Made by a program: the position numbers and the translations under genes
Assembly: GCA_002189035.1 (NCBI GenBank)
Contig: CM007989.1
Span: forward strand, 1,860,001-1,924,000
Reading direction: 5' to 3'
Source: Utricularia gibba
Taxonomy: Eukaryota; Plantae; Magnoliophyta
Length of the DNA: 64,000 nucleotides
In this document: piece after piece, positions 1-14,647 of the stretch
Numbering within the stretch: the first letter of the stretch is position 1
Layout: each line of letters starts with the position of its first letter
The notes under the pieces: model-generated
Told to the model about the DNA's origin: nothing
The model's input: only the letters and a program-made list of their open reading frames with translations
Database searches by the model: none

Positions 1-307
1 TGGTAATACTTTTTACAGAGGACGTTTCTCCTTTGGAAGATGATGGCGGTTGACATGTGATGGAGAAGATGAAGGGTGCGCATGTACAGACAAGAGTAAG
101 AGAAATACAATAATTGTACATCGAGAAGACAAATTGTATTCGTTGGCCTTTTCTTCTGCATATCTGATAACACGACAGTCTGCTTGGTAAATTTGGCATC
201 TTTCTCTTCCATTTTCATCAAAAGAAAACAGCTTGCTCTCAGTAGTCAGTCACCGTGACTGCTGGCAACCCACAGGCGTCCATTGCTTCTGAGTTGTGAT
301 GACAATC

Positions 308-616
308 TTATGGAGAACATAAGCACCTCTTCGCCGCGAGAGAAAATGACTTGCTCACTTTGACAGAGAACCTGCTCTTTCTCCTCCTCCTCCTTGCTCT
401 CCAGCCACTATGCGGAGTTGCGAGGCAGTGTGCCATGCCGCGTTCATTGAGGAACACCCCTCTTGCGATCGGAGGAGACCACAGGCCGCTCTTGGAGTAA
501 TCGAAGTCGAATTCGGAGACGTCGTAGAACTTGGAGAGGAGCTTGTTGGACACATCCGGGGACACAACTTGAATTCTGAGTTCCTGGGCAGAAGAGGAGA
601 TCTCAGGAGGCGACAT
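308..616 (-). CDS. Small uncharacterised plant protein (~102 aa) with a conserved-looking DFDYSKSGLWSPP motif and a basic tail
   Basis: ORF MSPPEISS...KLLSKFYDVSEFDFDYSKSGLWSPP...RRRRRKSRF. The FDYxxSGLWSPP motif is recalled from a family of uncharacterised plant proteins. The 3' end may be spliced. Confidence 0.6.
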   Translation of the reverse strand: MSPPEISSSAQELRIQVVSPDVSNKLLSKFYDVSEFDFDYSKSGLWSPPIARGVFLNERGMAHCLATPHSGWRARRRRRKSRFSVKVSKSFSLAAKRCLCSP

Positions 617-981
617 GAGAGTTAATGAGATATGAGGTGACAGCCGGAGCTCATGGCAGTGGCTACCATAAGAAAGAGTAGGAATGAGGACGAGGCTAGC
701 AGCACAGCCTACACTGCGTACTGTTCAGCACTCACATGCACAAATGCAGATGCCGCATCTTATCTTTTTACTCTTTTTATTCCAAAGAAAAATTGCATCT
801 TTTTTTTACTATCCCAATAGCAAAAATTAACTGAAAAAAAAATTGGATCTTTCGTTATCATCTCATGTACGTTGTCCGAGAGGGGTGTTCTGTTGGTAGG
901 ATGAAGAAGAAGAAACCAGGTATCCGCCTTAACTGGGTGGTGCACAGGGCCTAAAACGACATGAATCCAAGTGCTCTGAGC

Positions 982-1633
982 TCAAGCTCCATGAAATATG
1001 TCGAGAAGTCGATCCTTCAAGAAACTGGAGGCATTTTCACTCGCTTTCATGAGTAACTGCACTGCATGTGCTGGAGAGGGTTCTGTGTATTTCGATAAGA
1101 GAGTCGAGCCCAGTTGGGCGGAAGAGCCATGCACCCACCTCCAAAAAAGAATTGGCACATTGGCTGAAGTCTGCAATTTCAAATTGGGCAGAGCTCCAGA
1201 ACTTCGCCAGCTAGAAGATTGTTCCAAGAACCCCGATGATGCACAGTTGAAAATGATCAGCGCCGATGGGATAGTCTCACGATCCGTTAAGGGAAAAAAG
1301 TTCGCCATCATGGCCGCGGTTCCAATCACGGCTATGATTAAAATGCGCGAGAATCGATAAAATCTACCTGTGGAATGCATCCCTCGCCGGATGCTTTCGA
1401 TGGCTTAAACATCAACATGCCTGCAACGAGGACGTTCTTATGTGCAGTCGGCGAAAAGGGATGCTCCTCCGTGGGTTTTGATTCAGGCATGAGGATCTGA
1501 AAATCCACGGCGGGTCAAAGCAGAATTCTTTAGAAGCGTGCTGTCAAATATGACAGCTACCTACACTCACAGAGGGCTTGATAGGTGCGCTTAAACTAAG
1601 GCGAGGAACAAGAAGAAGGGATGCAAGAAGCAT
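982..1633 (-). CDS. Hypothetical 3-exon protein (~174 aa), no recognised homolog
   Basis: Exons 1633-1571, 1496-1421 and 1367-982 join in frame through a GT-AG intron (74 nt) and a GC-AG intron (53 nt). No domain recognised. Confidence 0.3.
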
Positions 1634-2141
1634 ATTTAGATGTGATCGAGTACTAAATTTGTAAATTATACGCATCTTTTAATGCTTTTCATACAGATAT
1701 TATTGCGTAGTGAATCGATCATTCACAAAGATGGCATCACCTTCCTTTTTCCTTCACCTTGGTTCTTCCTTGCTTTTTTTCTTATTTATGTAGTCTTCTG
1801 CCACGTTCTTTTTGAACACCCATTCTTGTTCTTGATAAGAAACAGCAAACAATCAAACTAGAGACACTCTCGTGGGAACAAGATCAGAGAAGAATATGTG
1901 TTTTTAGAATGAGTGAAAACAGTCAAACAAGGCCATTAATACAGGCCCTTACAGCACATCGAGGAAAACAATCATGCTTAACAAGCTCATGCGTCGATCA
2001 TGGTCAGCGATGGGGGTGAACCGCTTCTTCTAAAAGTGGGCTCATGTCTTCCAGGTTCACCGTCTCCATCTTCACTGCTAGATTGCCCGTCGAAATCTCC
2101 TTCACCGTCTCCATGCGCGGGCCCAACATGGCGATGATCTT

Positions 2142-2339
2142 TCAGGCGTTACGCAGGAGGGAGAAGAAGAGGAGCGCCTTCAGGCCTCCTCTCTTTGAAT
2201 CCGATTTTGATGCCTGGGCATTGCTCCTCTGATCGCGCAAATAACAGACCTCGCCGTCGCACACGTATTTCTGGTGCTCCTGCTGCGGCGGCGGCCTCTC
2301 CTCGTCCCGGGGCTTTATGCATTTCAGAATCTCAAACAT
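2142..2339 (-). CDS. Small hypothetical protein (65 aa) containing KYVCDGEVCYLR
   Basis: GC-rich, coding-like ORF MFEILKCIKPRDEERPPPQQEHQKYVCDGEVCYLRDQ...LLRNA. There is a G-box (CACGTG, 2562-2567) upstream. Confidence 0.45.
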   Translation of the reverse strand: MFEILKCIKPRDEERPPPQQEHQKYVCDGEVCYLRDQRSNAQASKSDSKRGGLKALLFFSLLRNA

Positions 2340-3028
2340 GATCTCTTCTACGCTCCTCCCCAATGCGCCCAGATCGCTGATTTTATGGGCTTGGGGATCT
2401 CCCCAAGCGTAATGAATCACAAACCAAAACACAGTCTACGTTGAAATTTCTACACGCAGACGAAAATGTCCACTCCTTTCTCAGGGGTCGGTTTTTTGAC
2501 GCGTCATGCGCTTACCGACGCCTACTCGAATGGATCAGACCCGATTCCCATGGTCAAACCGCACGTGTCACAAAAAATATTTTTAATAAAAGTATAGTAA
2601 TTAATATGTATTTACAATGAAATAATGCTTAATAAATATATTTAAACTATATGGAAAAAATAAAACTTATTTCATTAAAATTCTCATAACTTAAAAATTT
2701 TAAAAACATGATTAAAAAATATGTAATATTTAATAAATTATATATATATTGAATAAATATATTTGTCAAATACAATCAAATGTCTTAAATTTCAGTAATT
2801 TGCTGTGAACCTGCGTTGACCATGGTCTGACCGTGACATTGCTTTCATTCTAAATAATTAAGCAAAATACACATAATTAACAGAAAAATAGTAAATTAGT
2901 AAGCATTACACCATGGACATATGGATAAGCAACAACTAGGGGATGGATGATTATTGAGTATTTACAATCATAGCACAGGGTGGGGGGCATTATGTACACG
3001 GCGGCCATGACTGAAGGGCCTTGCTGCT

Positions 3029-4133
<1,105 letters not shown>

Positions 4134-4307
4134 CGCGCGTTTCAGAATGAGTTGGTATCAACAAAATCCGACAGTCCGACTCCGATTGACTTACAGACCC
4201 CCGGAGCACGCAGCTAAAGCTATGAAACCCCTTGACCATCTCCTCCCACGATTATTCCTTCATTTATTAAAAAAGAAAAAAAAACAGGCCTCACAACACA
4301 TTTCTTC

Positions 4308-4334
4308 AGCCCATATGAACTGGCCCAAAGCCCA
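4308..4334. promoter_or_regulatory. Cluster of three site II-type motifs (AGCCCA/GGCCCA) in the divergent ATG8 / GPPS.SSU spacer
   Basis: AGCCCA 4308-4313, GGCCCA 4322-4327 and AGCCCA 4329-4334 (reverse complement of TGGGCY, TCP-bound site II). Confidence 0.5.
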
Positions 4335-4611
4335 TTTCTTCGTCTTCAGAATTAAAATTCGAAATAATATGTGAAATGACTAAAACACCCATCTACTTCT
4401 TTTACGGGTCATTTAAAGGCAAAAATATTAAGGAAATTGCCGCATGGAACACGAGTTCTTTTGTTTATGTAATATCGTGCATGCAGATGTTACCCTCCAA
4501 TCATTTAATATTTATTTATTTATCTAAATTGCAAATCGTTTAAATTGACGTGGTGACATCATTTCTGCGCCTATATATCTATCACACATGGCTTGACGTC
4601 TAGGAACGGCG

Positions 4612-5466
4612 ATGGCGTGTCTAGATATCAGAGCAATTTTTTCCGGTGGTCTGCCCAGAAATACTGGTCGTTTGATGGCGGCCATGGCTCCATCTGAATC
4701 TCCTCCATCCTGCTACTGGTCCTCCATTGAAGCCGATGTTCTCTCCTACATAAAGACAGCCATTCCACTCAAGTCGCCGGAGACGGTTTTCGAGCCGATG
4801 CGCCATCTAACCCTCGCAGCTCCAACTACCACAGCGTCCTCCCTCTGTGTGGCTGCTTGTGAACTCGTAGGCGGCGACCGGAGCCAGGCGATCGCGGCGG
4901 CTGCTGCTCTTCATCTGGTCCATGCAGGGGTGTACACCCACGAGCACCTTCAGTTAACTGACCGGAGAATCGAGATCCAAATACAGCACAAGTACGACCC
5001 CAACATTGAGCTCCTGTACGGAGATGCGATCGTTCCCCTCGGAGTGGAGCTTCTGGCGCGGTCAGTGAACGGGGACAATCAGGACAGAGTTCTTGAAGCG
5101 ATTATTGAAATCAGCAGGTGCATCGGGTCACAGGGCATGGTCGACGGCCAGTATCGAAAGGTGAAAGCACTCAGGCAATCGGATGCCCAGCAAATCGATT
5201 ACGTGATCAGGAAAACGGAAGGCGAAATCCACGCCTGCGGTGGCGCGTGTGGCGCCATACTGGGCGGCGCCGCCGTAGGGGAGATCGAGAGAATGAGGAG
5301 ATTTGGTCTGTTTGTTGGCATGGCCAAGGGAATGGCCTCGTTGATAAATCATCCCGATTTCGAGGAAAGGATCGGAGAGCTCAAGGCGCTCGCCTGGAAA
5401 GAAATAGCGGACTTCGCCGGAGCAAAACCAGAACTCATTTCTAGCTTGGTGCACTCGTCGCCTTGA
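4612..5466 (+). CDS. GPPS.SSU: Heterodimeric geranyl/geranylgeranyl diphosphate synthase small subunit (SSU, type I-like), intronless
   Basis: 284-aa prenyltransferase-fold ORF with two CxxxC motifs (CVAAC, CGGAC) and no DDxxD motifs. TATA-like TATATA at ~4572. Confidence 0.88.
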   Translation: MACLDIRAIFSGGLPRNTGRLMAAMAPSESPPSCYWSSIEADVLSYIKTAIPLKSPETVFEPMRHLTLAAPTTTASSLCVAACELVGGDRSQAIAAAAALHLVHAGVYTHEHLQLTDRRIEIQIQHKYDPNIELLYGDAIVPLGVELLARSVNGDNQDRVLEAIIEISRCIGSQGMVDGQYRKVKALRQSDAQQIDYVIRKTEGEIHACGGACGAILGGAAVGEIERMRRFGLFVGMAKGMASLINHPDFEERIGELKALAWKEIADFAGAKPELISSLVHSSP

Positions 5467-6078
5467 GAGTGACGCCCAACTCTCCGAATTTCAGATATTT
5501 TAAATATAGATTAAATAGACAAGTCGGGATCATTATATTTTGCGAAAAAACAGAGTATTTTCGATTGAAATAGAAATTAATAATGGATAAATTTTTTAAT
5601 AATGAATTTATCTTATTAAATTGTTTATTTTTCTTAGATATGTGTTTTATTTGTTGATAAAAACGATAAATGTTTTATTATTTTAATTAAAACTCAAGTT
5701 TGAGTTTTATATTAATTTGATTTTTTTTCAATGTTAAAGTTTAAATTTTAAATGATTTACTCTATTTTTAAAACAATACCCACGTTTTGTAATATATCTC
5801 ATCGAAATCGAGTGGTACATGAAATTATCATTTTCTCTGTGTTTTTTTAATAAGAAAATCAATTAAACCATAGAAAATAGCAAATATTTTTCTCCCAATG
5901 TTTATCGCAAGAAAAGACAGTTGTCCCCTTAACGGATAGATATTCGTATATAAGACAAAGATGGTTTAGCTCAGCATTAGGTCATTTGGTATTGTGGAGA
6001 ACTAACAGGTTAATTCGTTTACACAATGGGGTTGGTAGGTCTCTGATTCACGACTACAAATTCACGTTTCTCACCGTC

Positions 6079-9000
6079 ATGAACGTGTCTGCTGCCTGCC
6101 AAACCGCTTCATTCTCGGGTCTCAGAGCCAGCGGAATACGTTTCGCTCGTCGTCTTCCTGCAACTGCAAATCCTTCCGTTCGCTGTCCGCACACTTCTTC
6201 TTCTGCGTCTCGACCGCGATCTTTGAGTTTCTCCTCGGCGCTCAGATCGTTGCGCATTTGTACCCCGCGCTGGAGTCACGGACTTGACTGGCGATCGCCG
6301 ATTTGCCTGAGGGCTCAGATCCGGGCTGCCTCGCCTGTTCTACAACGTTTTGAGCGAAAGATCGCTTCCATGGGTATGCCGATAGCCTTTTTATGTGCTT
6401 TGTCGGCTCAGCTGTTCTCTTTCGGAATTCTTTTTTAGTATTTTGATTCTTGTTTGTAGTGAAATCAGCTTAAGCTCTTGGCAATGAATGAGCTCATTAG
6501 TTTAGCCAGGATTAGGGGATATTGTTGTTGTAGTTGTGATCTTTCATTGTAATGAATCTGCACGTTTGAAAATAACCATGGGTAATATTGGCTGTGGCTG
6601 GTGTGGGATTTTATATTAGTGAGTCTGTTCATGAAGTTTCATTGGTGTGTATCTTTTACGGATCGCATATGATTTTATTTTTACTAAGTGGTTATCTTCA
6701 AGTTCCACAGATGGTCATTTCCCTGATTTTGATTTGAAACCTTCTACTCAATGAAGTTTTCCAATTTCATGCAGCTTCAGAACATCCTTTCAGTGGAATA
6801 CTATCCAGCCTTCCCAAGCAAGGAGGCGGGGAATTCGGAAAATATTATAGCCTTCCTGCACTGAATGACCCTAGAATTGGTACGGGCGTTTTATTTGATA
6901 TATGTTTCTTTTTTGCAGTAAAAATCAAACCTACAGGTCAAGTTGTTAGACCTTTTTATTTGTGATATGCAGGTTAAAAATGATGAAAGTGTTTTTTTTT
7001 TTTTACCTCCACACTCATTGACTGTTTGTTTTAACTTTTCTTTTTCTTTTTCCAGATAAGCTTCCATATTCTATCCGGATACTCCTAGAGTCTGCCATAC
7101 GAAACTGTGACAACTTCCAAGTCATGAAGGAAGATGTTGAGAAAATCATTGACTGGGAAAATTCGGCTCCAAAACAAGTAGAGATCCCTTTCAAACCAGC
7201 CCGTGTTCTCTTACAGGTCAGTGATCAAGCAATGTTCCTGGAAACGAGTTGTGCAATCCAGTTGCATATTTTCTCACAATTCTCTTTATCCATACACATA
7301 GGACTTCACTGGAGTTCCAGCTGTGGTTGACCTTGCTTCTATGAGGGACGCAATCAAAGACCTTGGTAGTAATCCAGACAAGATCAATCCTTTGGTATGA
7401 AGCCTCTCTTTCTAGTGCTGTCTATTTTTTCTTAAGATGCGTGGTAATGGGGATGTCATTGAGCATATGAAGGCGTGCAATCCTACAGAGTGCCATGACA
7501 CCTGTTCCGAAATAGATCTGATATGAAATTTTGTTATGCCTAGGTTCCCGTGGACCTAGTAATTGACCACTCTGTTCAAGTTGATGTTGCAAGATCTGAA
7601 AATGCCGTGCAAGCAAACATGGATCTTGAATTCAAGAGAAACAAAGAGAGGTTTGCGTTTCTCAAATGGGGTTCTAATGCCTTCCACAATATGCTCGTGG
7701 TTCCTCCAGGTTCTGGTATTGTTCATCAGGTATGAACGCATCATTCCATGTGCCACTAGGAAACTTTTAGGCAATCCTGTATTCAGAGGTCACATTTATT
7801 ATTTTGTTCTAATATTTTATAAATTCGTTCAGGTAAATCTGGAGTATCTTGGGCGTGTTGTATTCAACACTGATGGTATTCTGTACCCGGATAGTGTTGT
7901 TGGAACTGATTCCCATACAACAATGATCGATGGGCTGGGTGTTGCTGGATGGGGTGTTGGTGGAATAGAAGCAGAGGCGGCAATGCTGGGCCAGGTAATG
8001 TGTGATATGTGTTGGAAGTGTGAAACCAAGTGATGTTACTCAGCTCTTTTTATTCTACCAACCCTTAGCATGTAGGATTACGTAGTATGAATGATTGGAA
8101 TTTTTGCTTCCTATCAGTACTGTCCAGAAGTGTGGCTCATTGTTTCTGGCAATTGACAGACTTCTTCTGCGTTGCGCTTTATAAATTCTTTATGTTGACA
8201 GCCTATGAGCATGGTTTTGCCTGGTGTTGTTGGATTCAAGTTGTCTGGAAAAATGCGAGAAGGAGTTACTGCAACAGACTTGGTTTTAACTGTTACACAA
8301 ATGCTGAGGAAACATGGCGTTGTTGGAAAATTTGTTGAATTTTATGGTAATTATCATCCTTGTGGAAGCTGATCTTTTTGTATTTTCGCTTGTTGTTGAG
8401 TTTGGGTGCTTTAAATTTTTTTCTTTGTAGGTGAGGGCATGGGGCAGCTGTCCTTGGCAGATAGGGCTACAATCGCTAATATGTCACCTGAATATGGAGC
8501 TACCATGGGCTTCTTTCCGGTTGACCATGTTACCCTTCAGTACCTGAGATTGACAGGCAGAAGCAATGAAACGGTTGCTCACATTTTTTATCCTTTTTAA
8601 ATTCAAGTTTTGTATGCCTATCAAGCCAGTCCTCATTGGGGCTTATTGAAACCGCCTGTTATTTCAAATTGGATAGGTCTCCATGATCGAGGCATACTTG
8701 CGTGCAAACAAAATGTTTGTCGACTATAGTGAGGTTTGTTGCTCTATCAAGCTCTTGTATAATGGATTTGGATGGACTAACCTAAAATTACTGGAAATAT
8801 TTTGTGACGCAGCCCCAGAATGAGCGAGTGTACTCTTCTTATTTGGAGTTAGATCTTGCTGATGTTGAACCTTGTATTTCAGGGCCTAAAAGGTATGCAT
8901 GTCGAAATGTTATGAAACTCTTGCTTTGTGGTGAAGCTCACTCGTTATATGAAACTCTTGCTTTGTGATGGTACAGGCCTCATGATAGGGTCCCCTTAAA

Positions 9001-11432
9001 AGATATGAAGGCTGATTGGCATTCTTGTCTTGATAGTAAAGTTGGGTTTAAGGTGAGTAGCTTAGTTACGTATGCTTGGTTGGAACATTCTCTCTAGCAA
9101 TTTCCTAAAAATAGTATACGGCTTATTTATGAGCTGTATGAACTTTTTTTCTCAAGCTTTTTTCAAGGTTATTTGTGTTGTTGACCTTTTGTACTGACTT
9201 TTATTCAGGGTTTTGCGGTCCCAAAGGAGCAACAGGATAAAATAGTAAAATTTTCATTTCAAGGGCAGCCTGCAGAGCTTAAACATGGAAGTGTAGTCAT
9301 AGCAGCCATTACAAGTTGCACTAACACATCAAACCCAAGTGTCATGCTTGGAGCAGGTCTTGTCGCGAAGAAAGCATGCGAACTTGGATTAGAGGTTAGG
9401 ACCAGCTGGAATAGGACGTTCTTGTTTTTCCCCCCTTGTTGTGTGGGGAAGTGATTGCAAGATCATGCAAAAATATAGGTTTTTTTTGTACAGAAATATA
9501 GGCATTTTTTCATATTTTTCTGGGTAATGCACAGGTGAAGCCATGGGTGAAAACAAGTCTTGCTCCTGGGTCTGGAGTTGTAACAAAATATCTACTCCAG
9601 AGGTAATGTAGTGGATGATATTCTACCACATCGGCCATAGTTTTTCCTTTTTCTTGCTTTCTTCATGTTGCCTATTGCTCATTCTGAGTCTGTCCTGTGA
9701 TCTCTCAGCGGTCTGCAAAAGTTCCTGAACCAGCAAGGCTTTAATATAGTTGGTTATGGTTGCACAACTTGCATTGGCAATTCAGGAGATCTGGATGAGT
9801 CAGTTGCTTCTGCCATTGCTGACAATGGTATATTGTGTTTTTTACAAACTGGGTTCTCCAATATGTCATATCCTCCCATTCATTCGACTTTCATATTTTC
9901 CCAAAGATCTTGTCGCTGCTGCTGTGCTTTCTGGGAATAGGAACTTTGAAGGTCGTGTCCATCCCCTGACCAGAGCCAATTATCTTGCGTCACCTCCATT
10001 AGTTGTGGCTTATGCTCTTGCTGGGACGGTATGATTGAATTGTATCCTTCTTGTAGTCTCTGTTTTTGAAACGTTTTTTTTTTTTAATATATTGTCTATT
10101 GTCATCCCTTGCAGGTTGACATTGATTTTGAGAAGGAGCCCATAGGCACTACAAAGGACGGCAGGAGTGTTTATTTTAAGGACATTTGGCCGACGAGCGA
10201 TGAAATTGCCCAGGTAATTTCCTCTTCAGAAAGTAGGAATGGTGTGCACTTTGCAGTAGACTGATAAAGTTTGTGGTTGGTACTTTTACTTGCTCTAGGT
10301 TGTTCAATCCAGCGTACTTCCCGAAATGTTCAACAGTACCTACGAGGCCATCACGAAAGGCAATCAGTTATGGAATCAGTTGTCTGTGCCACCATCTAGT
10401 CTTTATTCTTGGGACCCGGAGTCGACGTACATCCACAAACCCCCATATTTCAGTGGGATGACTATGAGCCCGCCCGGTCCCCGTGAAATTAAGGATGCCT
10501 ACTGCCTACTTTTGTTTGGTGACAGCATCACGACTGATCATATCTCTCCTGCTGGAAGCATCCACAAAGATAGCCCTGCTGCGAAGTACTTGATAGATCG
10601 GGGTGTAGATAGAAAAGACTTCAATTCCTATGGAAGCCGCCGTGGCAATGATGAGGTGATGGCAAGAGGCACTTTTGCTAACATTAGAATAGTAAATAAA
10701 TTGCTGGATGGTGAAGTGGGGCCAAAAACCATTCACATACCCTCGGGGAGAAGCTCTATGTGTACGATGCTGCGACGGTAAGCGTTCAACCTACACCTTA
10801 CTGTCATAGTTATGATTCCATGCAGGCAGTACTTGGCTCATTGACCTGTGGCTGAACTAAAAATGTTTGTCAGCGATACAAGACAGCGGGCAAGACACAA
10901 TAGTTATAGCTGGGTCCGAATATGGGAGTGGCAGTTCGCGGGACTGGGCTGCTAAGGGTCCAATGCTGCAGGTGAGTATGTTGGTCCGTTGCTTCCCCCC
11001 CAATTTTTTATTACTAGGTGAAGTGCTTCAACTCCCCGGGTTGGTTTAGGGTGTGAAAGCTGTGATTGCCAAAAGCTTTGAGAGGATTCACCGGAGCAAC
11101 TTGGTCGGAATGGGCATAGTACCACTTTGCTTCAAAGCCGGCGAAGATGCAGAGAGCCTCGGCCTGACAGGACATGAGCGCTACACCATTGGTCTTCCAA
11201 CAAAGCTGAGCGAAATTAGGCCCGGGCAAGATATCACTGTCACTACGGATGATGGGAAATCGTTCACTTGTACCCTGAGATTTGATACAGAGGTAACCCC
11301 ATATTTCCATTCCTTGCAATGTTTGTGTGTCAGTGATTGAGCTTTTATTCAACACTACCGCAGGTTGAACTGGCGTACTTCGACCATGGCGGCATCCTCC
11401 AATACGTCGTCCGGAACTTGACGAAACAGTAA
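6079..11432 (+). CDS. ACO: Aconitate hydratase (multi-exon) with an N-terminal transit-peptide-like first exon; two apparent 1-nt frameshifts near 10745 and 10888
   Basis: Motifs [112 protein letters not shown] and [12 protein letters not shown]. Ends ...VRNLTKQ*. Confidence 0.97.
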
Positions 11433-11863
11433 CCATGGGCCGACTGATCCTCGCCCCATAAAAGGAACACCCGGGGGTCCCCATGACAATAAGAGCTCTT
11501 TCAAAATTGAGCGGAATACAAACTCATCCATAGTCCTGAGAGAAATAGAAGTATATTCCCTCAAGCTGCCCAAAAGGTGTTTCTCAACGATGTTTCGAAC
11601 TTGAATTTTGCAGGCGTCTGTTTATTTCCGTGCAGTCAATACATTAAATCCATCACGTAAACTGGGTATGCTAAAAAGGTGATCTCATGAGCCAATGACC
11701 CATCAACCATCAAAGGCTGCGGTAGGAACACATGGGGGTTGTGAAAATGAGAATCGTATTCCGTTGGCGGTAGAAAGCGTGCGTTTACGGTACGCGAGGT
11801 GATTGGTTAGAATCATTTCGCATGTGTCCGTTCAAACAGAACAACGAGCCTATCCGTCTTGTC

Positions 11864-11870
11864 TATAAAT
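11864..11870 (+). promoter_or_regulatory. TATA box of the eIF1 gene
   Basis: TATAAAT upstream of a short non-coding exon and a 5'-UTR intron (~11928-12028). Confidence 0.6.
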
Positions 11871-12041
11871 ACTCCCTTGGCGGCGGAAGCCTCCCAGTCC
11901 TTGCACTTCAACTCGACAGCCCATCAGGTGCGTCCCTCCTCCTCCCTTTCTCTTCTTAGCTGCTCATGATTTTTATCTGTTTGTTTTTTGATGTGGTAAT
12001 GATTCATGTTTCATGGCGCATCCTTCAGAATCGGACGTTGG

Positions 12042-12377
12042 ATGGTGGATCTGGACGGTAACATCCCAAGCGCTTTCGATCCCTTTGCCGAGGCGAAGGA
12101 CTCGGATGCAGCCCCTGAGAAGTACGTCCACATCCGCGTGCAGCAGAGGAATGGGAAGAAGTGCCTGACCACCGTCCAGGGCCTGGGAAAGGAATTCAGC
12201 TACGACAAGATCCTCAAAGATCTCAAGAAGGTTTTCTGCTGCAACGGTAACGTCGTCCAGGACAAACAGCTCGGGAAGGTCATCCAGCTGCAAGGCGATC
12301 AGCGCAAGAATGTTTCCCACTTCCTGCTCTCGGCTGGCATCGTCCCCAAGGATCACATCAAGATCCATGGATTCTGA
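12042..12377 (+). CDS. SUI1: Translation initiation factor eIF1 (SUI1 homolog)
   Basis: MVDLD..PSAFDPFAEA...YVHIRVQQRNGKKCLTTVQGL...FCCNGNVVQDKQLGKVIQLQGDQRKNV...IKIHGF*. The start was set by homology at 12042 rather than at the ORF-track start of 12006. Confidence 0.97.
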   Translation: MVDLDGNIPSAFDPFAEAKDSDAAPEKYVHIRVQQRNGKKCLTTVQGLGKEFSYDKILKDLKKVFCCNGNVVQDKQLGKVIQLQGDQRKNVSHFLLSAGIVPKDHIKIHGF

Positions 12378-12566
12378 TTATCTACCCCTATTTATACTCC
12401 CGAGTTGGTCTGGTTTTGTATGAAGGACAAGCTCCTTGACAGGCTGCACTTCTTGCAGCCGCCATGAGCAACTTCTATTAAGCGTGTCTTTCTGTCTCAT
12501 GTTCAACTTAATACAAAGAATATGAATCTATACAGCTGTTTTGTTTAAACAAAAAAATGAGCATTT

Positions 12567-14647
<2,081 letters not shown>

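Noticed and set aside
4588-4596. In-frame upstream ATG-GCT-TGA before GPPS.SSU
   Set aside because: Only about 10 nt downstream of the TATA-like box, so probably upstream of the transcription start.
11973-12368. 131-aa antisense ORF over eIF1 (similarly 5128-5454, 37820-38392 and 60163-60741)
   Set aside because: Shadow ORFs expected opposite GC-rich coding sequence; no recognisable motifs.
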